DNA from: an uncultured Gammaproteobacteria bacterium
Lineage (GTDB): Bacteria > Pseudomonadota > Gammaproteobacteria > Steroidobacterales > UBA11654
Direction of reading: 5' to 3'
Length of the DNA: 64,000 nucleotides
Assembly (NCBI GenBank): GCA_902553145.1
Contig: CACDKD010000003.1
Location: forward strand, 2,168 to 66,167
The number at the start of each line of letters is the position of its first letter. The first letter of the stretch is position 1. The notes beneath the pieces are model-generated. The model searched no databases and was not told the origin of the DNA. It saw only the letters and a program-made list of their open reading frames with translations. This document shows positions 55,085 to 64,000 of this stretch, in pieces. The position numbers and the translations under genes were made by a program.

Positions 55085-57466
55085 TCACACAACCGGGTGT
55101 GCACTATCCAAAAACGTCTGCATATAAGTCATACTCAAATCATAGGATATTTCTGAATTTATCCCAGATTGAATTGGTTCATAGATAGTATTTCTCAATT
55201 GAGGTCTTCTCTCAGAGTTTATAATGAATTCTTCCATCCTATTTGCTTCAAATTCTTGTCCATGAATGCTGCCTGCGGCTCTTGATATGGATTCATTCAT
55301 TAATGTACCGCCCATGTCATTGACTCCTGCATTGAGACAACTCAATGCCCCTTCCTTCCCAAGCTTTACCCAGCTTGCTTGAATATTCTTAATATGAGGA
55401 TTCAAAGCTATTCTCGATACCGCATGCATCAGCAAAACCTCATTGAATGTCGGACCTGGTCTTGAATTCCCTCTCTTATACATGGGCGATTCCATGCTCA
55501 CATACGGGAGTGGTATAAATTCCGTAATGCCACCGGTTTCTTTTTGAAGGTCTCTTAGTTTTATCAGGTGAGTTGACCAGTCAGCGGGTTGTTCGGTATG
55601 TCCAAACATAATCGTAGACGTTGTTTTTATTCCAACTCTGTGTGCGGTTTTAATGACATTAATCCACTCCTCAGAAGTCAATTTATCAGGACAAATATTT
55701 TCTCTGACAGCGTCATCCAAAATTTCTGCGGCAGTCCCAGGCATTGTGCTCAATCCTGCCTCTTTGAGTTTTTGAAGATATTCACCAATCGGCAGACCCA
55801 ATGAGCTCGCCCCATGCGTTACTTCCAAGGGAGAAAATGCGTGTATGTGGATTTCCGGAACGCGTTCTTTTATTGCTTTGCAAATATCGATGTATGTATA
55901 GCCATCGTAATGAGGGTGTATTCCACCTTGAAGGCATACTTCATGCGCTCCTTTAGACCATGCCTCTAATGCTCTATCTGCAACCTCATCATTGTTGATC
56001 AGATAAGGCTTTCCTCTTAAATTCTCTTTCGTTTTCCCTTTTGAGAATGCACAAAAATGACACGAGTATTTACAGATATTTGTGTAATTGATATTCCTGG
56101 TGATCACATAAGTGACCTCGTCGCCATTTATTTTCTGCCTGAGTCGGTCTGCGTGATTTAGGACGAGATGATAATCGTCTCCTCTGGTATGAAAGAGTTT
56201 GGTGATTTCATCATGATCCAAATCTAATCCATGAATGGATTTATCAAGTATCTTCTTGATTTCATGTGAAACATCGCCACTTTTTTTGTTCACCCATAGG
56301 TCGTGTTTTCCTGACGCAGGAATGCTCAGTGATTCACCACAGCGCCATTGATCATGTCTTCCATATCGAGATGAGTCGGAAAGCTCCAAGATTCCTGAAT
56401 GCAAGTTTTTGTCATACCAGGATTGATCTTCTATGTATTCCGGATAAATTGCTAAACGCTCAACAAGTTCCATTCCCTTGTTGTTTGTAATTTTTTCTAA
56501 TTGCTCTATCTGCGGCCACGGCGACTCCGGATTCACATGATCGATGGTAATTGGTGAAACACCGCCCCAGTCATTGATTCCACTGTCTAAAATTTGGTCA
56601 AGGTAATCAGAATTGAGATTGGGCGGGCATTGTATATTCATGTCTTTGCCAAAAATGATTCTTGCTGCCGAAAGCGTCCAAAGAAGATCCTCTTTGGATG
56701 CGGGAGAATGTTTTTTCATTCTTGTGTTTTCTTTTGGAATAAAGTTCTGGATGATTACTTCTTGGATATGACCGTATTCTTTATGCAGATTTTTTATATC
56801 AAGAAGACTCTGAATACGCTCTTCAATGGTTTCACCGATGCCGATGAGTATGCCAGTGGTGATTGGTATCCTCAGTTTCCCCGCATTCTTCATTGTTTTC
56901 AGTCGCGTTGCTGGTTGTTTGTCTGGCGATCCAAAATGCGGACCTCCCTTGTCGCAAAGCCGCTCTGAACTTGATTCCAGCATGATGCCCATGGAGACTG
57001 AATATTCCCTTAGTTTTTCCATTTCCAGGAGCGTCATGTTTCCAGGATTTAAGTGCGGCAGTAGACCGGTTTCTTCATAAACCAGTTTCGACATTGAGCC
57101 AAGATATTCAATTGTTGTCTCAAAGCCTAATTTTTGGAGATGATCTTTCGCAACCTGATACCTCATTTCCGGTTTCTCGCCGAGGGTAAACAAAGCCTCT
57201 TTGACGAATTGCGCCTTGCCTTGTTCTGCAATTGCAAGGACTTGATCTGGCTCAAGGTAGGGAGCATAGAGCTTTTTCGGTGCCTTCGCAAAAGTACAGT
57301 AATGACAGACATCTCGACAAAGTTCCGTCAAAGGAATGAAAACTTTTTTAGAGTAGGTGATGACCTTTTTATCATCTCCTCTGACCTCTTTGGCTTTTTG
57401 CATTAGATCATCTAACTCATGGGAGTTAAATAAAGATATGTAATGATCTAGTTCTTGCTTTGACAT
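55085..57466 (-). CDS. fbiC: FO synthase, fused CofG/CofH (FbiC); 7,8-didemethyl-8-hydroxy-5-deazariboflavin synthase
   Basis: 793 aa with two radical-SAM CxxxCxxC motifs: CRDVCHYCTF in the N-terminal half and CKYSCHFCAF in the C-terminal half. It sits in an operon with cofC/D/E. Confidence 0.93.
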   Translation of the reverse strand: MSKQELDHYISLFNSHELDDLMQKAKEVRGDDKKVITYSKKVFIPLTELCRDVCHYCTFAKAPKKLYAPYLEPDQVLAIAEQGKAQFVKEALFTLGEKPEMRYQVAKDHLQKLGFETTIEYLGSMSKLVYEETGLLPHLNPGNMTLLEMEKLREYSVSMGIMLESSSERLCDKGGPHFGSPDKQPATRLKTMKNAGKLRIPITTGILIGIGETIEERIQSLLDIKNLHKEYGHIQEVIIQNFIPKENTRMKKHSPASKEDLLWTLSAARIIFGKDMNIQCPPNLNSDYLDQILDSGINDWGGVSPITIDHVNPESPWPQIEQLEKITNNKGMELVERLAIYPEYIEDQSWYDKNLHSGILELSDSSRYGRHDQWRCGESLSIPASGKHDLWVNKKSGDVSHEIKKILDKSIHGLDLDHDEITKLFHTRGDDYHLVLNHADRLRQKINGDEVTYVITRNINYTNICKYSCHFCAFSKGKTKENLRGKPYLINNDEVADRALEAWSKGAHEVCLQGGIHPHYDGYTYIDICKAIKERVPEIHIHAFSPLEVTHGASSLGLPIGEYLQKLKEAGLSTMPGTAAEILDDAVRENICPDKLTSEEWINVIKTAHRVGIKTTSTIMFGHTEQPADWSTHLIKLRDLQKETGGITEFIPLPYVSMESPMYKRGNSRPGPTFNEVLLMHAVSRIALNPHIKNIQASWVKLGKEGALSCLNAGVNDMGGTLMNESISRAAGSIHGQEFEANRMEEFIINSERRPQLRNTIYEPIQSGINSEISYDLSMTYMQTFLDSAHPVV

Positions 57467-57509
57467 CAGTCTTTTATAGCCTTTTCATGCGCCTAAGACA
57501 ATCCTAAAT

Positions 57510-58121
57510 TCAAATCTTCAACGGGTTTTTTTCTGGTTGGTAGTATTTGATTAAGAATTCCCAGTCATCGTGATCATCAAGATCAAAGCTCAAACCCTCC
57601 GCCGATTGAATGTTTGTCTTTAATTTTTCTAATTTCGCGGCTTCTAAATGCTTCCGAAAACTATCAGAGCCGAATTGAAAATTAATTTTTCTAGGAAGAT
57701 CAGTGATCAACGCATTGGTGCCCCCATCTTTTTTTGCTTGAACAAGGGTTAACCCATGTTTGTGTGAGTCAATGATTTGCGTGATGTCTTTTTTTTCCAC
57801 AAGGGGAAGATCAATGGATAAATACATCATTTTTTTTGCACCCAATCCGTACGCCCAATCTGCAACAGAATCAATTTTCTGTTTTAAAGGTTTTTTATCC
57901 TCATCTTTTCTGAGCACTAATTTTGAGTGCTGCATTTCACCTGGCCAATTTTTTTCACATGTGAACAAGACGATTTTTTCAACCTCATCCACTGCAAGCA
58001 GTATCTGAATCAATCGACTCGATAAATTTTTGGCCAATTCCATTCTTTGCTCGAGATCCAGTACCGATGAGAGCCTAGTGAATGATCCCGAAAATTCATT
58101 GATGGGAATGATTGCCCACAT
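57510..58121 (-). CDS. cofC: F420 side-chain guanylyltransferase CofC/FbiD
   Basis: 203 aa. N-terminus MWAIIPIN....FTRLS..L and GTNAL, in a nucleotidyltransferase fold context. It lies between cofD and fbiC. Confidence 0.75.
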   Translation of the reverse strand: MWAIIPINEFSGSFTRLSSVLDLEQRMELAKNLSSRLIQILLAVDEVEKIVLFTCEKNWPGEMQHSKLVLRKDEDKKPLKQKIDSVADWAYGLGAKKMMYLSIDLPLVEKKDITQIIDSHKHGLTLVQAKKDGGTNALITDLPRKINFQFGSDSFRKHLEAAKLEKLKTNIQSAEGLSFDLDDHDDWEFLIKYYQPEKNPLKI

Positions 58122-59078
58122 TTATGATCCAATCTCTTTGATGAACTCGAGACTCTCCTTTGCCAACGTCATTTTTTCTTCTAGAGTCTCTACAATGATT
58201 TTGGAGAGTTTGACTTCAATGCCCATTTCTCTGATTTTCTGTGCTTCTTTTTCATCCTCATGATCAATGACGATCCCGTCAATTAATCCTTTATAGTGTT
58301 TTGCAATGGATAAAGAGGAAACCTCAATCCCCATTTCCTTCATTAATTTAGACGTCGGGCCTTTCACGGAATCGTGACCAACAATTGGGGAAATGGCTAT
58401 CCTTGGCTTTTTTTGATTCTCAATTAACTTTCTGATTCTATCGATTGAAAGTATGGGATCGATGCTCAGATAAGGATTTGAGGGACAGAATACAATCCCA
58501 TCTAAATTTTTGTCCATGAGCGATCTTTTCACTGCATCGGTTGCCACTGGTTTCTTGGATTTGAATAGAATATTTTTGACCTTTGGCTTGCATTTATTTC
58601 TGACAAAGTAATCTTGAAAGGACATTTCTCCGTCTTCTGTTTCTAAAAACGTTTGAACGGGGTGATTGCTCATTGGCAGGACATTGGTTTTCAGACCAAA
58701 TTTATTTGTGATCTTTCTGGTTATCGTGGTTAAGAGCTCACCATTTCTTTTTTCTTTCGATCTAAAAAGATGAAGGGCTAGATCCTTGTCTCCGAGTTGA
58801 AACCAAGTGTCTGCACCCAGTTCTTTTAGAACATCGAGCGTCTTCCATGTTTCATCCTCTCTTCCCCATCCTGTTTCAGTATTATTCACCCCTGCGAGTG
58901 TATAAGTGACTGTATCGATATCGGGACATATGTAGAAACCGAGATATAGGAAATCATCTCCGGTGTTGGTGATGATGCTGAGATTTTTTTGATCGAGTAC
59001 ACTATTCAATCCAAGCGCAAGTTTTGAACCTCCAATGCCTCCGCACAATGTGACAATTTTTGTATCAGGGTATTTCAT
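58122..59078 (-). CDS. cofD: 2-phospho-L-lactate (or analogue) transferase CofD/FbiA
   Basis: VTLCGGIGGSKLALGL, TNTGDDF and CPSNPYLSIDPIL. Confidence 0.9.
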   Translation of the reverse strand: MKYPDTKIVTLCGGIGGSKLALGLNSVLDQKNLSIITNTGDDFLYLGFYICPDIDTVTYTLAGVNNTETGWGREDETWKTLDVLKELGADTWFQLGDKDLALHLFRSKEKRNGELLTTITRKITNKFGLKTNVLPMSNHPVQTFLETEDGEMSFQDYFVRNKCKPKVKNILFKSKKPVATDAVKRSLMDKNLDGIVFCPSNPYLSIDPILSIDRIRKLIENQKKPRIAISPIVGHDSVKGPTSKLMKEMGIEVSSLSIAKHYKGLIDGIVIDHEDEKEAQKIREMGIEVKLSKIIVETLEEKMTLAKESLEFIKEIGS

Positions 59079-59854
59079 CGAAATAAATCTTCCTCAGCCG
59101 GTCTGATCAGATCGTTCACACTATCAGACTCATCAAGCAAGTCCAAACCTCTAATGATAACTGCAGGCATTCCCTCGGAGCTCTCACCCATCAATAGTGT
59201 TGCCGCAGATGCAATTTGATCAGCAAGTCCGATAACCGTCGTTTGCAATAACCTTCCATCCCTATCAAATTCTTCTCCTCTCATATCAATTAGAGTTTTA
59301 ATTCCAGAGGAACCCAATGCATGCCCGGTTGTGCCCAATCTCCATGCTCTTCCTATGCTGTCAGTGATCAAGACGCCAAGTTTAATTTGATAGCGATCTT
59401 CAAAAGATTTTTTTATTTTTGTTGCTGAGTCACTAGGGTCTTTGGGCAGCAGAAGGACGTGATCTTTTCTCTTTCCAATATTGGATTGGTCAATGCCAGC
59501 ATTTGCCAGAATGTGCCCGAGCTTATGCTCAACTATGATCGTGCCTTTCTCAGCGCGAATTATCCGATTTGATTCTCGAAGGATTAATTCTGCTAATCTT
59601 GGGTCTTTATCCGTCTCTTTAGCTAATTTTATTGCTTCCTCTGAGGGCTCGATTGTTTTTAGATCGATGAATCTATTTTCTGACTTGGAAATGATTTTTT
59701 GCGCAACGACTATCGCATCATTGTTTCTAAGACGGCATCCTTGTTCTGATAGGCACTGGCTGATAATGCTTGAGACATCATCGCCCGGATTGATTTCTGG
59801 AATATTCTGAATCGCAGTCAGAGTGATCTCAGAGCACGCTTCTTTTTTATCCAT
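59075..59854 (-). CDS. cofE: F420-0:gamma-glutamyl ligase CofE, single-domain form
   Basis: 259 aa. VVAQKIISKSE, ANAGIDQSN and ITDS.GR.WR.G. There is no room for an FbiB-type C-terminal nitroreductase-like domain. Confidence 0.88.
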   Translation of the reverse strand: MDKKEACSEITLTAIQNIPEINPGDDVSSIISQCLSEQGCRLRNNDAIVVAQKIISKSENRFIDLKTIEPSEEAIKLAKETDKDPRLAELILRESNRIIRAEKGTIIVEHKLGHILANAGIDQSNIGKRKDHVLLLPKDPSDSATKIKKSFEDRYQIKLGVLITDSIGRAWRLGTTGHALGSSGIKTLIDMRGEEFDRDGRLLQTTVIGLADQIASAATLLMGESSEGMPAVIIRGLDLLDESDSVNDLIRPAEEDLFR

Positions 59855-59875
59855 TTAAATTATTGAGCTTCTGTA

Positions 59876-60532
59876 TCAACGGCTGGTAATTTTTATGCCT
59901 GATGACTTCAATTTGTGCTTTTGATTGATCGAAATAAGCACTGAGGTTAATGCTTCAGCCGCAGCTGAGTTTTCAATTGAGCCTGCATGCCAACATTGCA
60001 GGCCAAGGTCGCCAATAAGAGTAATTACTTCATCAACTGCGTCATTTGAATTGCCACATACCAATACTTCGGCATCAATCTTTTCCTCGGATCCAACCAA
60101 ATGGGATCCAATATTTTGCAAAGCAGATACAACATGCACCTCTTCACCAAGAAGCATTTGCGCCTCCAATGCTGCGGAACCATGTTTTGGAAGATTTACT
60201 TTTGTCACAGGTTTGGAGAGTGGGACAGTCGTATCGACCAAAATTTTTCCACTGAGAAATGGTTTTATTTGATTCAGTGTTTCTGAATGACTGAAGTAGG
60301 GCACAGCGAGGACTGCAATCCCGCAATTCTTTGCCGTTTCCATTAAGTCACTTCCAGTGACATTGTCGTTTTCAATTTCAGCATTGATCTCTTGAGCAAC
60401 CGAAATAGCTTTATCAGCATTTCTTGAGCCGATAATGATTTGGTGTCCGGCTTTTGACCATTTTTTTGATAATGCGGACCCCAGCGCGCCTGTTCCACCG
60501 AATATACCTATTACTCTTGATTTACTCGTCAT
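59876..60532 (-). CDS. npdG: NADPH-dependent F420 reductase (Fno/NpdG)
   Basis: Rossmann motif [32 protein letters not shown] preferred ATG 60532; the track start at 60538 is a TTG. Confidence 0.85.
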   Translation of the reverse strand: MTSKSRVIGIFGGTGALGSALSKKWSKAGHQIIIGSRNADKAISVAQEINAEIENDNVTGSDLMETAKNCGIAVLAVPYFSHSETLNQIKPFLSGKILVDTTVPLSKPVTKVNLPKHGSAALEAQMLLGEEVHVVSALQNIGSHLVGSEEKIDAEVLVCGNSNDAVDEVITLIGDLGLQCWHAGSIENSAAAEALTSVLISINQKHKLKSSGIKITSR

Positions 60533-62375
60533 CACCAATTCCTTCTATTTGTCTGACGGCCCCATCTGATGCAGACGATGCCAATAATGCATATGCCTGT
60601 AGAGCCAAGCTAACCGTCCTGTCTCTGTTTCGAGGTTTCCAAGCTTTTTTCCCAAAGGAGGACATTTCTTTTCTTCTAAGCTCTAGCTCTTCATCCAAGA
60701 GATCAACATTGATCGATCTATTTGGAATATCAATGTTTATGATGTCTCCGTCTTTAATTAATGCAATATATCCTTTTGATGCTGCCTCTGGAGAAATATG
60801 CCCAATGGATAAACCAGATGTTCCACCTGAGAATCGCCCGTCTGTGATTAAGGCACATTTTTCACCAAGCCCTTTTGACTTTAGATAACTAGTTGGATAG
60901 AGCATTTCTTGCATGCCTGGCCCGCCCTTAGGCCCTTCATAACGAATAACTACAACATCACCCGCAAGAATCTCGTCTCCAAGAATTGCATCAACCGCAT
61001 CGTCTTGACTCTCAAAAACCTTTGCAGGACCACTAAAGGTTAGAATCTTTTCATCAACACCGGCCGTCTTTAGAATGCATCCATCCGTTGCAATATTGCC
61101 TTTTAACACAGCTAATCCACCGTCTTGGCTATGCGCATTATCAGAACCTCTAATGCATCCCTTTTCGCGATCCAAATCCAGTTCTGGATATCTTTTATTT
61201 TGCGAGAAAGGCTGAGTTGTTGGAATCATTCCCGGAGCAGCAGAATAGAATTCTTTAACTTCTTCGGACGGTTTTCTATTGATATCCCATTCATTAATTG
61301 CATCAAGCATTGTTTCTGTATGGACTGTTTTACTCTCAGAATTGAGTAATTTTGCTTTCTCGAGCTCCCCAAGAATAGCCATTATTCCACCGGCTCTGTG
61401 AACATCTTCCATATGAAAGTTACTGCTTGGAGCAACTTTGCATAGGTTGGGAACTCTTCTGGACAGTCGATCTATATCGTCCATTCCAAAATCAAGCTCA
61501 CCCTCTTTTGCAGCAGCGAGAATGTGAAGTACAGTATTGGTAGAGCCTCCCATGGCAATATCCAAGGTCATGGCGTTCTCAAATGATTTTAAATTTGCGA
61601 TGTTTCTAGGAAGAACACTCTCATCGTCTTTCTCATAGTATTGTTTTGTGAGTTCTACAATAATTCTTCCAGCTTTTAAGAAAAGTTCTTTGCGATCAAT
61701 ATGAGTTGCCAGTACGCTTCCATTGCCAGGCAGAGCAAGCCCAAGAGCTTCAACCAAACAATTCATGGAATTTGCAGTGAACATCCCGGAACAAGAACCG
61801 CAAGTTGGGCAAGCAGATCTTTCAATTTTTTCAACCTCTTCATCTGAAACACTTGGATCCCCGGCTAAAACCATCGCATCAATTAAATCTAGGCTCGCTT
61901 CTTGACCTTTTATCAAACCTTTGCCTGCCTCCATTGGGCCTCCGGATACAAAAATGGTTGGTATATTCAGACGCATTGTTGCCATCAACATCCCGGGTGT
62001 AATTTTGTCGCAATTCGAAAGGCACACAAGTGCATCTGCACAGTGAGCATTTGCCATATATTCAACCGCATCCGCTATTAACTCTCGTGAGGGTAAGCTA
62101 TAAAGCATTCCCGAGTGGCCCATCGCGATTCCATCATCAACGGCAATAGTGCTGAATTCTTTTGCAACCCCGCCTGATTTTTCAATCTCTCTGGCAACCA
62201 TTTGACCAAGATCCTTGAGATGGACATGGCCTGGAACAAACTGAGTGAAAGAATTTGCTATGGCGATGATAGGTTTACCAAAATCATCATCGCCCATGCC
62301 AGTTGCTCGCCAGAGAGCTCTCGCTCCTGCCATGTTTCTTCCATGCGTCGATGTTTTAGATCTGTAGTCAGGCAT
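60522..62375 (-). CDS. ilvD: Dihydroxy-acid dehydratase
   Basis: [39 protein letters not shown] and [15 protein letters not shown]. Confidence 0.97.
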   Translation of the reverse strand: MPDYRSKTSTHGRNMAGARALWRATGMGDDDFGKPIIAIANSFTQFVPGHVHLKDLGQMVAREIEKSGGVAKEFSTIAVDDGIAMGHSGMLYSLPSRELIADAVEYMANAHCADALVCLSNCDKITPGMLMATMRLNIPTIFVSGGPMEAGKGLIKGQEASLDLIDAMVLAGDPSVSDEEVEKIERSACPTCGSCSGMFTANSMNCLVEALGLALPGNGSVLATHIDRKELFLKAGRIIVELTKQYYEKDDESVLPRNIANLKSFENAMTLDIAMGGSTNTVLHILAAAKEGELDFGMDDIDRLSRRVPNLCKVAPSSNFHMEDVHRAGGIMAILGELEKAKLLNSESKTVHTETMLDAINEWDINRKPSEEVKEFYSAAPGMIPTTQPFSQNKRYPELDLDREKGCIRGSDNAHSQDGGLAVLKGNIATDGCILKTAGVDEKILTFSGPAKVFESQDDAVDAILGDEILAGDVVVIRYEGPKGGPGMQEMLYPTSYLKSKGLGEKCALITDGRFSGGTSGLSIGHISPEAASKGYIALIKDGDIINIDIPNRSINVDLLDEELELRRKEMSSFGKKAWKPRNRDRTVSLALQAYALLASSASDGAVRQIEGIGDDE

Positions 62376-62496
62376 ACTTAATCCAGTAATTTAGGAAATA
62401 ATATTATCTCATTTCCTGATCATAAATATAATTCTCATGGTAAAGTATCTTTTTTTATAGCGAGAAGCGAATAATCAACAAACTGTTTGATGACGA

Positions 62497-64000
62497 ATGG
62501 CTGAATCTAAAAAAAATACTCAAGTTGCATCGATAGATCAGAACGATAGTGATGAGTTCCAAAGCCAGTGGAGAATGGAGATCCATGAATGGGTTGAATC
62601 CTTAGAAGCAGTTAAGGAAAGCTATTCGGATAGAGAGGTCAAGGAGCTTCTTAGGGAATTGCAGAATTACGCATTGAGTCATGGCATCTCTTTATCAGAG
62701 GCCACATTGAACACACCTTATAGGAACACCATTCCACTCTCGGAGCAACCCAGTTATCCGGGTGATATTGAAATGGAAACAAAAATAGAAAATATCATTA
62801 GATGGAACGCAATGGCCATGGTCCTTCAAGCGTATGATTTAGGAGAGGGTCTTGGAGGACATATTGCAACCTATGCATCGACCGCAACAATGACTGAGGT
62901 CGCTCTTAACCATTTCATAAAATCACGATCTGACAAATACCAGGGAGATATGTTCAATATACAAGCGCACTCATCTCCGGGCATTTACTCGAGAGCTTTT
63001 TTAGAAGGTCGATTATCAATTGAAGAAATCGGAAATTTCAGAAGAGAGTTGCAAAAAGACGGTGGCCTCCCATCATATCCACACCCAAGGAGGAGGCCAG
63101 AGTTATGGCCAAGCCCAACGGCTTCAATGGGACTAAATGGAGTTTCTTCCATCTATTATGCTCGTTTCAGCAAATATTTAGAAAACAGAGGCTTGCTTTC
63201 AAAGGAAGGAGGAAAGGTTTGGGCATTTCTTGGGGATGGTGAAATGGATGAGCCCGAAACAATAGGAACAATCAATATTGCTTCAAGAGAAAAGCTGGAT
63301 AACTTAATTTTTGTTGTCAATTGCAATCTGCAAAGATTAGACGGACCCGTAAGAGGCAATGGAAAAATCATTCAGGAACTGGAAGCAGTTTTCAGGGGTT
63401 CAGGATGGGATGTAATTAAAGTGATTTGGGGATCTGAGTGGGACCCACTTTTTGCAATTGACCACAATGATGTCATGCAACGAAGAATGGACGAAGTGCT
63501 CGATGGCGAGTATCAAATGTACTCTGTTTCGAGTGGAGCTGATCAGAGAACTCATTGGGTAAAAGACAATAAAGAGCTTGAGTCGATTATGACAAATTTA
63601 AGTGATGATGAACTCAAAGCAATCAAGCGAGGTGGATTTGACCACAAGAAACTATATGCGGCATTTGATTCGGCTACAAAATCATCTGGAAAGCCTACTG
63701 TTATTCTTGTTAAAACCTTAAAAGGCTATGGCTTAGGGGAAGGATCTGAGGGCAGGAATATAGCTCATCAAAAGAAGACTATGTCGGATGATGAGAGAAT
63801 TGAAATTGCCAAAAGGCTTGATATACCTCTTTCAGATGAGGATTGTATTGCAGCAAAGTTTTATGTCCCAGATCAAGATTCAGATGAAATGAAATATATG
63901 CACAAAATGAGAGAAGATCTCGGGGGTTACCAGCCTATCAGGTTTGATGATTGCAAAAGCTTACAGGCACCGGATATGGATCAATTTTCTGACTTCACAG
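62497..64000 (+). CDS. aceE: Pyruvate dehydrogenase E1 component, 5' partial (runs off the window end)
   Basis: This ORF is not in the supplied track. I translated it by hand from ATG 62497 and found no stop before the window end. Motifs are LNTPYRNTIP, IIRWNAMAMV, GGHIATYAS, FLGDGEMDEPE (ThDP GDG motif) and NCNLQRLDGPVRGNGKIIQELE. Confidence 0.92.
   Translation, partial: MAESKKNTQVASIDQNDSDEFQSQWRMEIHEWVESLEAVKESYSDREVKELLRELQNYALSHGISLSEATLNTPYRNTIPLSEQPSYPGDIEMETKIENIIRWNAMAMVLQAYDLGEGLGGHIATYASTATMTEVALNHFIKSRSDKYQGDMFNIQAHSSPGIYSRAFLEGRLSIEEIGNFRRELQKDGGLPSYPHPRRRPELWPSPTASMGLNGVSSIYYARFSKYLENRGLLSKEGGKVWAFLGDGEMDEPETIGTINIASREKLDNLIFVVNCNLQRLDGPVRGNGKIIQELEAVFRGSGWDVIKVIWGSEWDPLFAIDHNDVMQRRMDEVLDGEYQMYSVSSGADQRTHWVKDNKELESIMTNLSDDELKAIKRGGFDHKKLYAAFDSATKSSGKPTVILVKTLKGYGLGEGSEGRNIAHQKKTMSDDERIEIAKRLDIPLSDEDCIAAKFYVPDQDSDEMKYMHKMREDLGGYQPIRFDDCKSLQAPDMDQFSDFT

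Noticed and set aside
1-64000. I scanned the whole window for CRISPR arrays, rRNA genes, IS elements and long direct or inverted repeats.
   Set aside because: I noticed no regularly spaced repeats, rRNA-like conserved blocks or transposase-like ORFs. By-eye scanning cannot exclude short dispersed repeats, so a self-dot-plot would be needed to be sure.

Overview
AT-rich, densely coding chromosomal segment. By inference it comes from a low-GC marine gammaproteobacterium: recA-recX-alaS synteny, E. coli-like Fur boxes, a sigma32-type promoter before ibpA. I saw no rRNA, CRISPR array, transposase, integrase or phage genes.

Gene content from left to right:
- (1) The 3' end of a type II DMSO-reductase-family molybdoenzyme locus (alpha fragment, TorD-like chaperone, FeS beta). 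It is followed by a 15-TM MFS transporter fused to a c-type cytochrome domain, a second MFS, two amidohydrolase-type genes and a PQQ dehydrogenase.
- (2) Housekeeping genes: LysR regulator, EamA transporter, recA, recX, alaS, tRNA-Ser, selO, pxpABC, tRNA-Arg.
- (3) A GC-enriched intergenic island that looks like a roughly 230-nt purine-rich sRNA with its own promoter and terminator.
- (4) A tightly packed 7-gene minus-strand operon: two alpha/beta-hydrolase-fold genes carrying three domains with His at the nucleophile-elbow position, two MFS transporters, a CybB-like cytochrome b, a membrane-anchored cytochrome c and an unassigned protein. Next to it are SDR, Rieske oxygenase and FAD monooxygenase genes, and a FabD-like gene translationally coupled to a large outer-membrane barrel.
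- (5) A complete propionyl-CoA to succinyl-CoA operon (mcm-pccB-pccA-meaB-epimerase).
- (6) An LLM-type putative F420-dependent oxidoreductase, ibpA, and Fur-box-controlled FTR1 permease and TonB-dependent receptor genes.
- (7) A complete coenzyme F420 biosynthesis operon (fno-cofE-cofD-cofC-fbiC) overlapping ilvD.
- (8) A 5' partial aceE that is absent from the supplied ORF track.

The items I rate most worth follow-up are the MFS::cytochrome c fusion in the molybdoenzyme locus, the candidate sRNA, the His-elbow hydrolase/cytochrome operon and the F420 operon. All functional calls come from reading motifs by eye. No database search was run.
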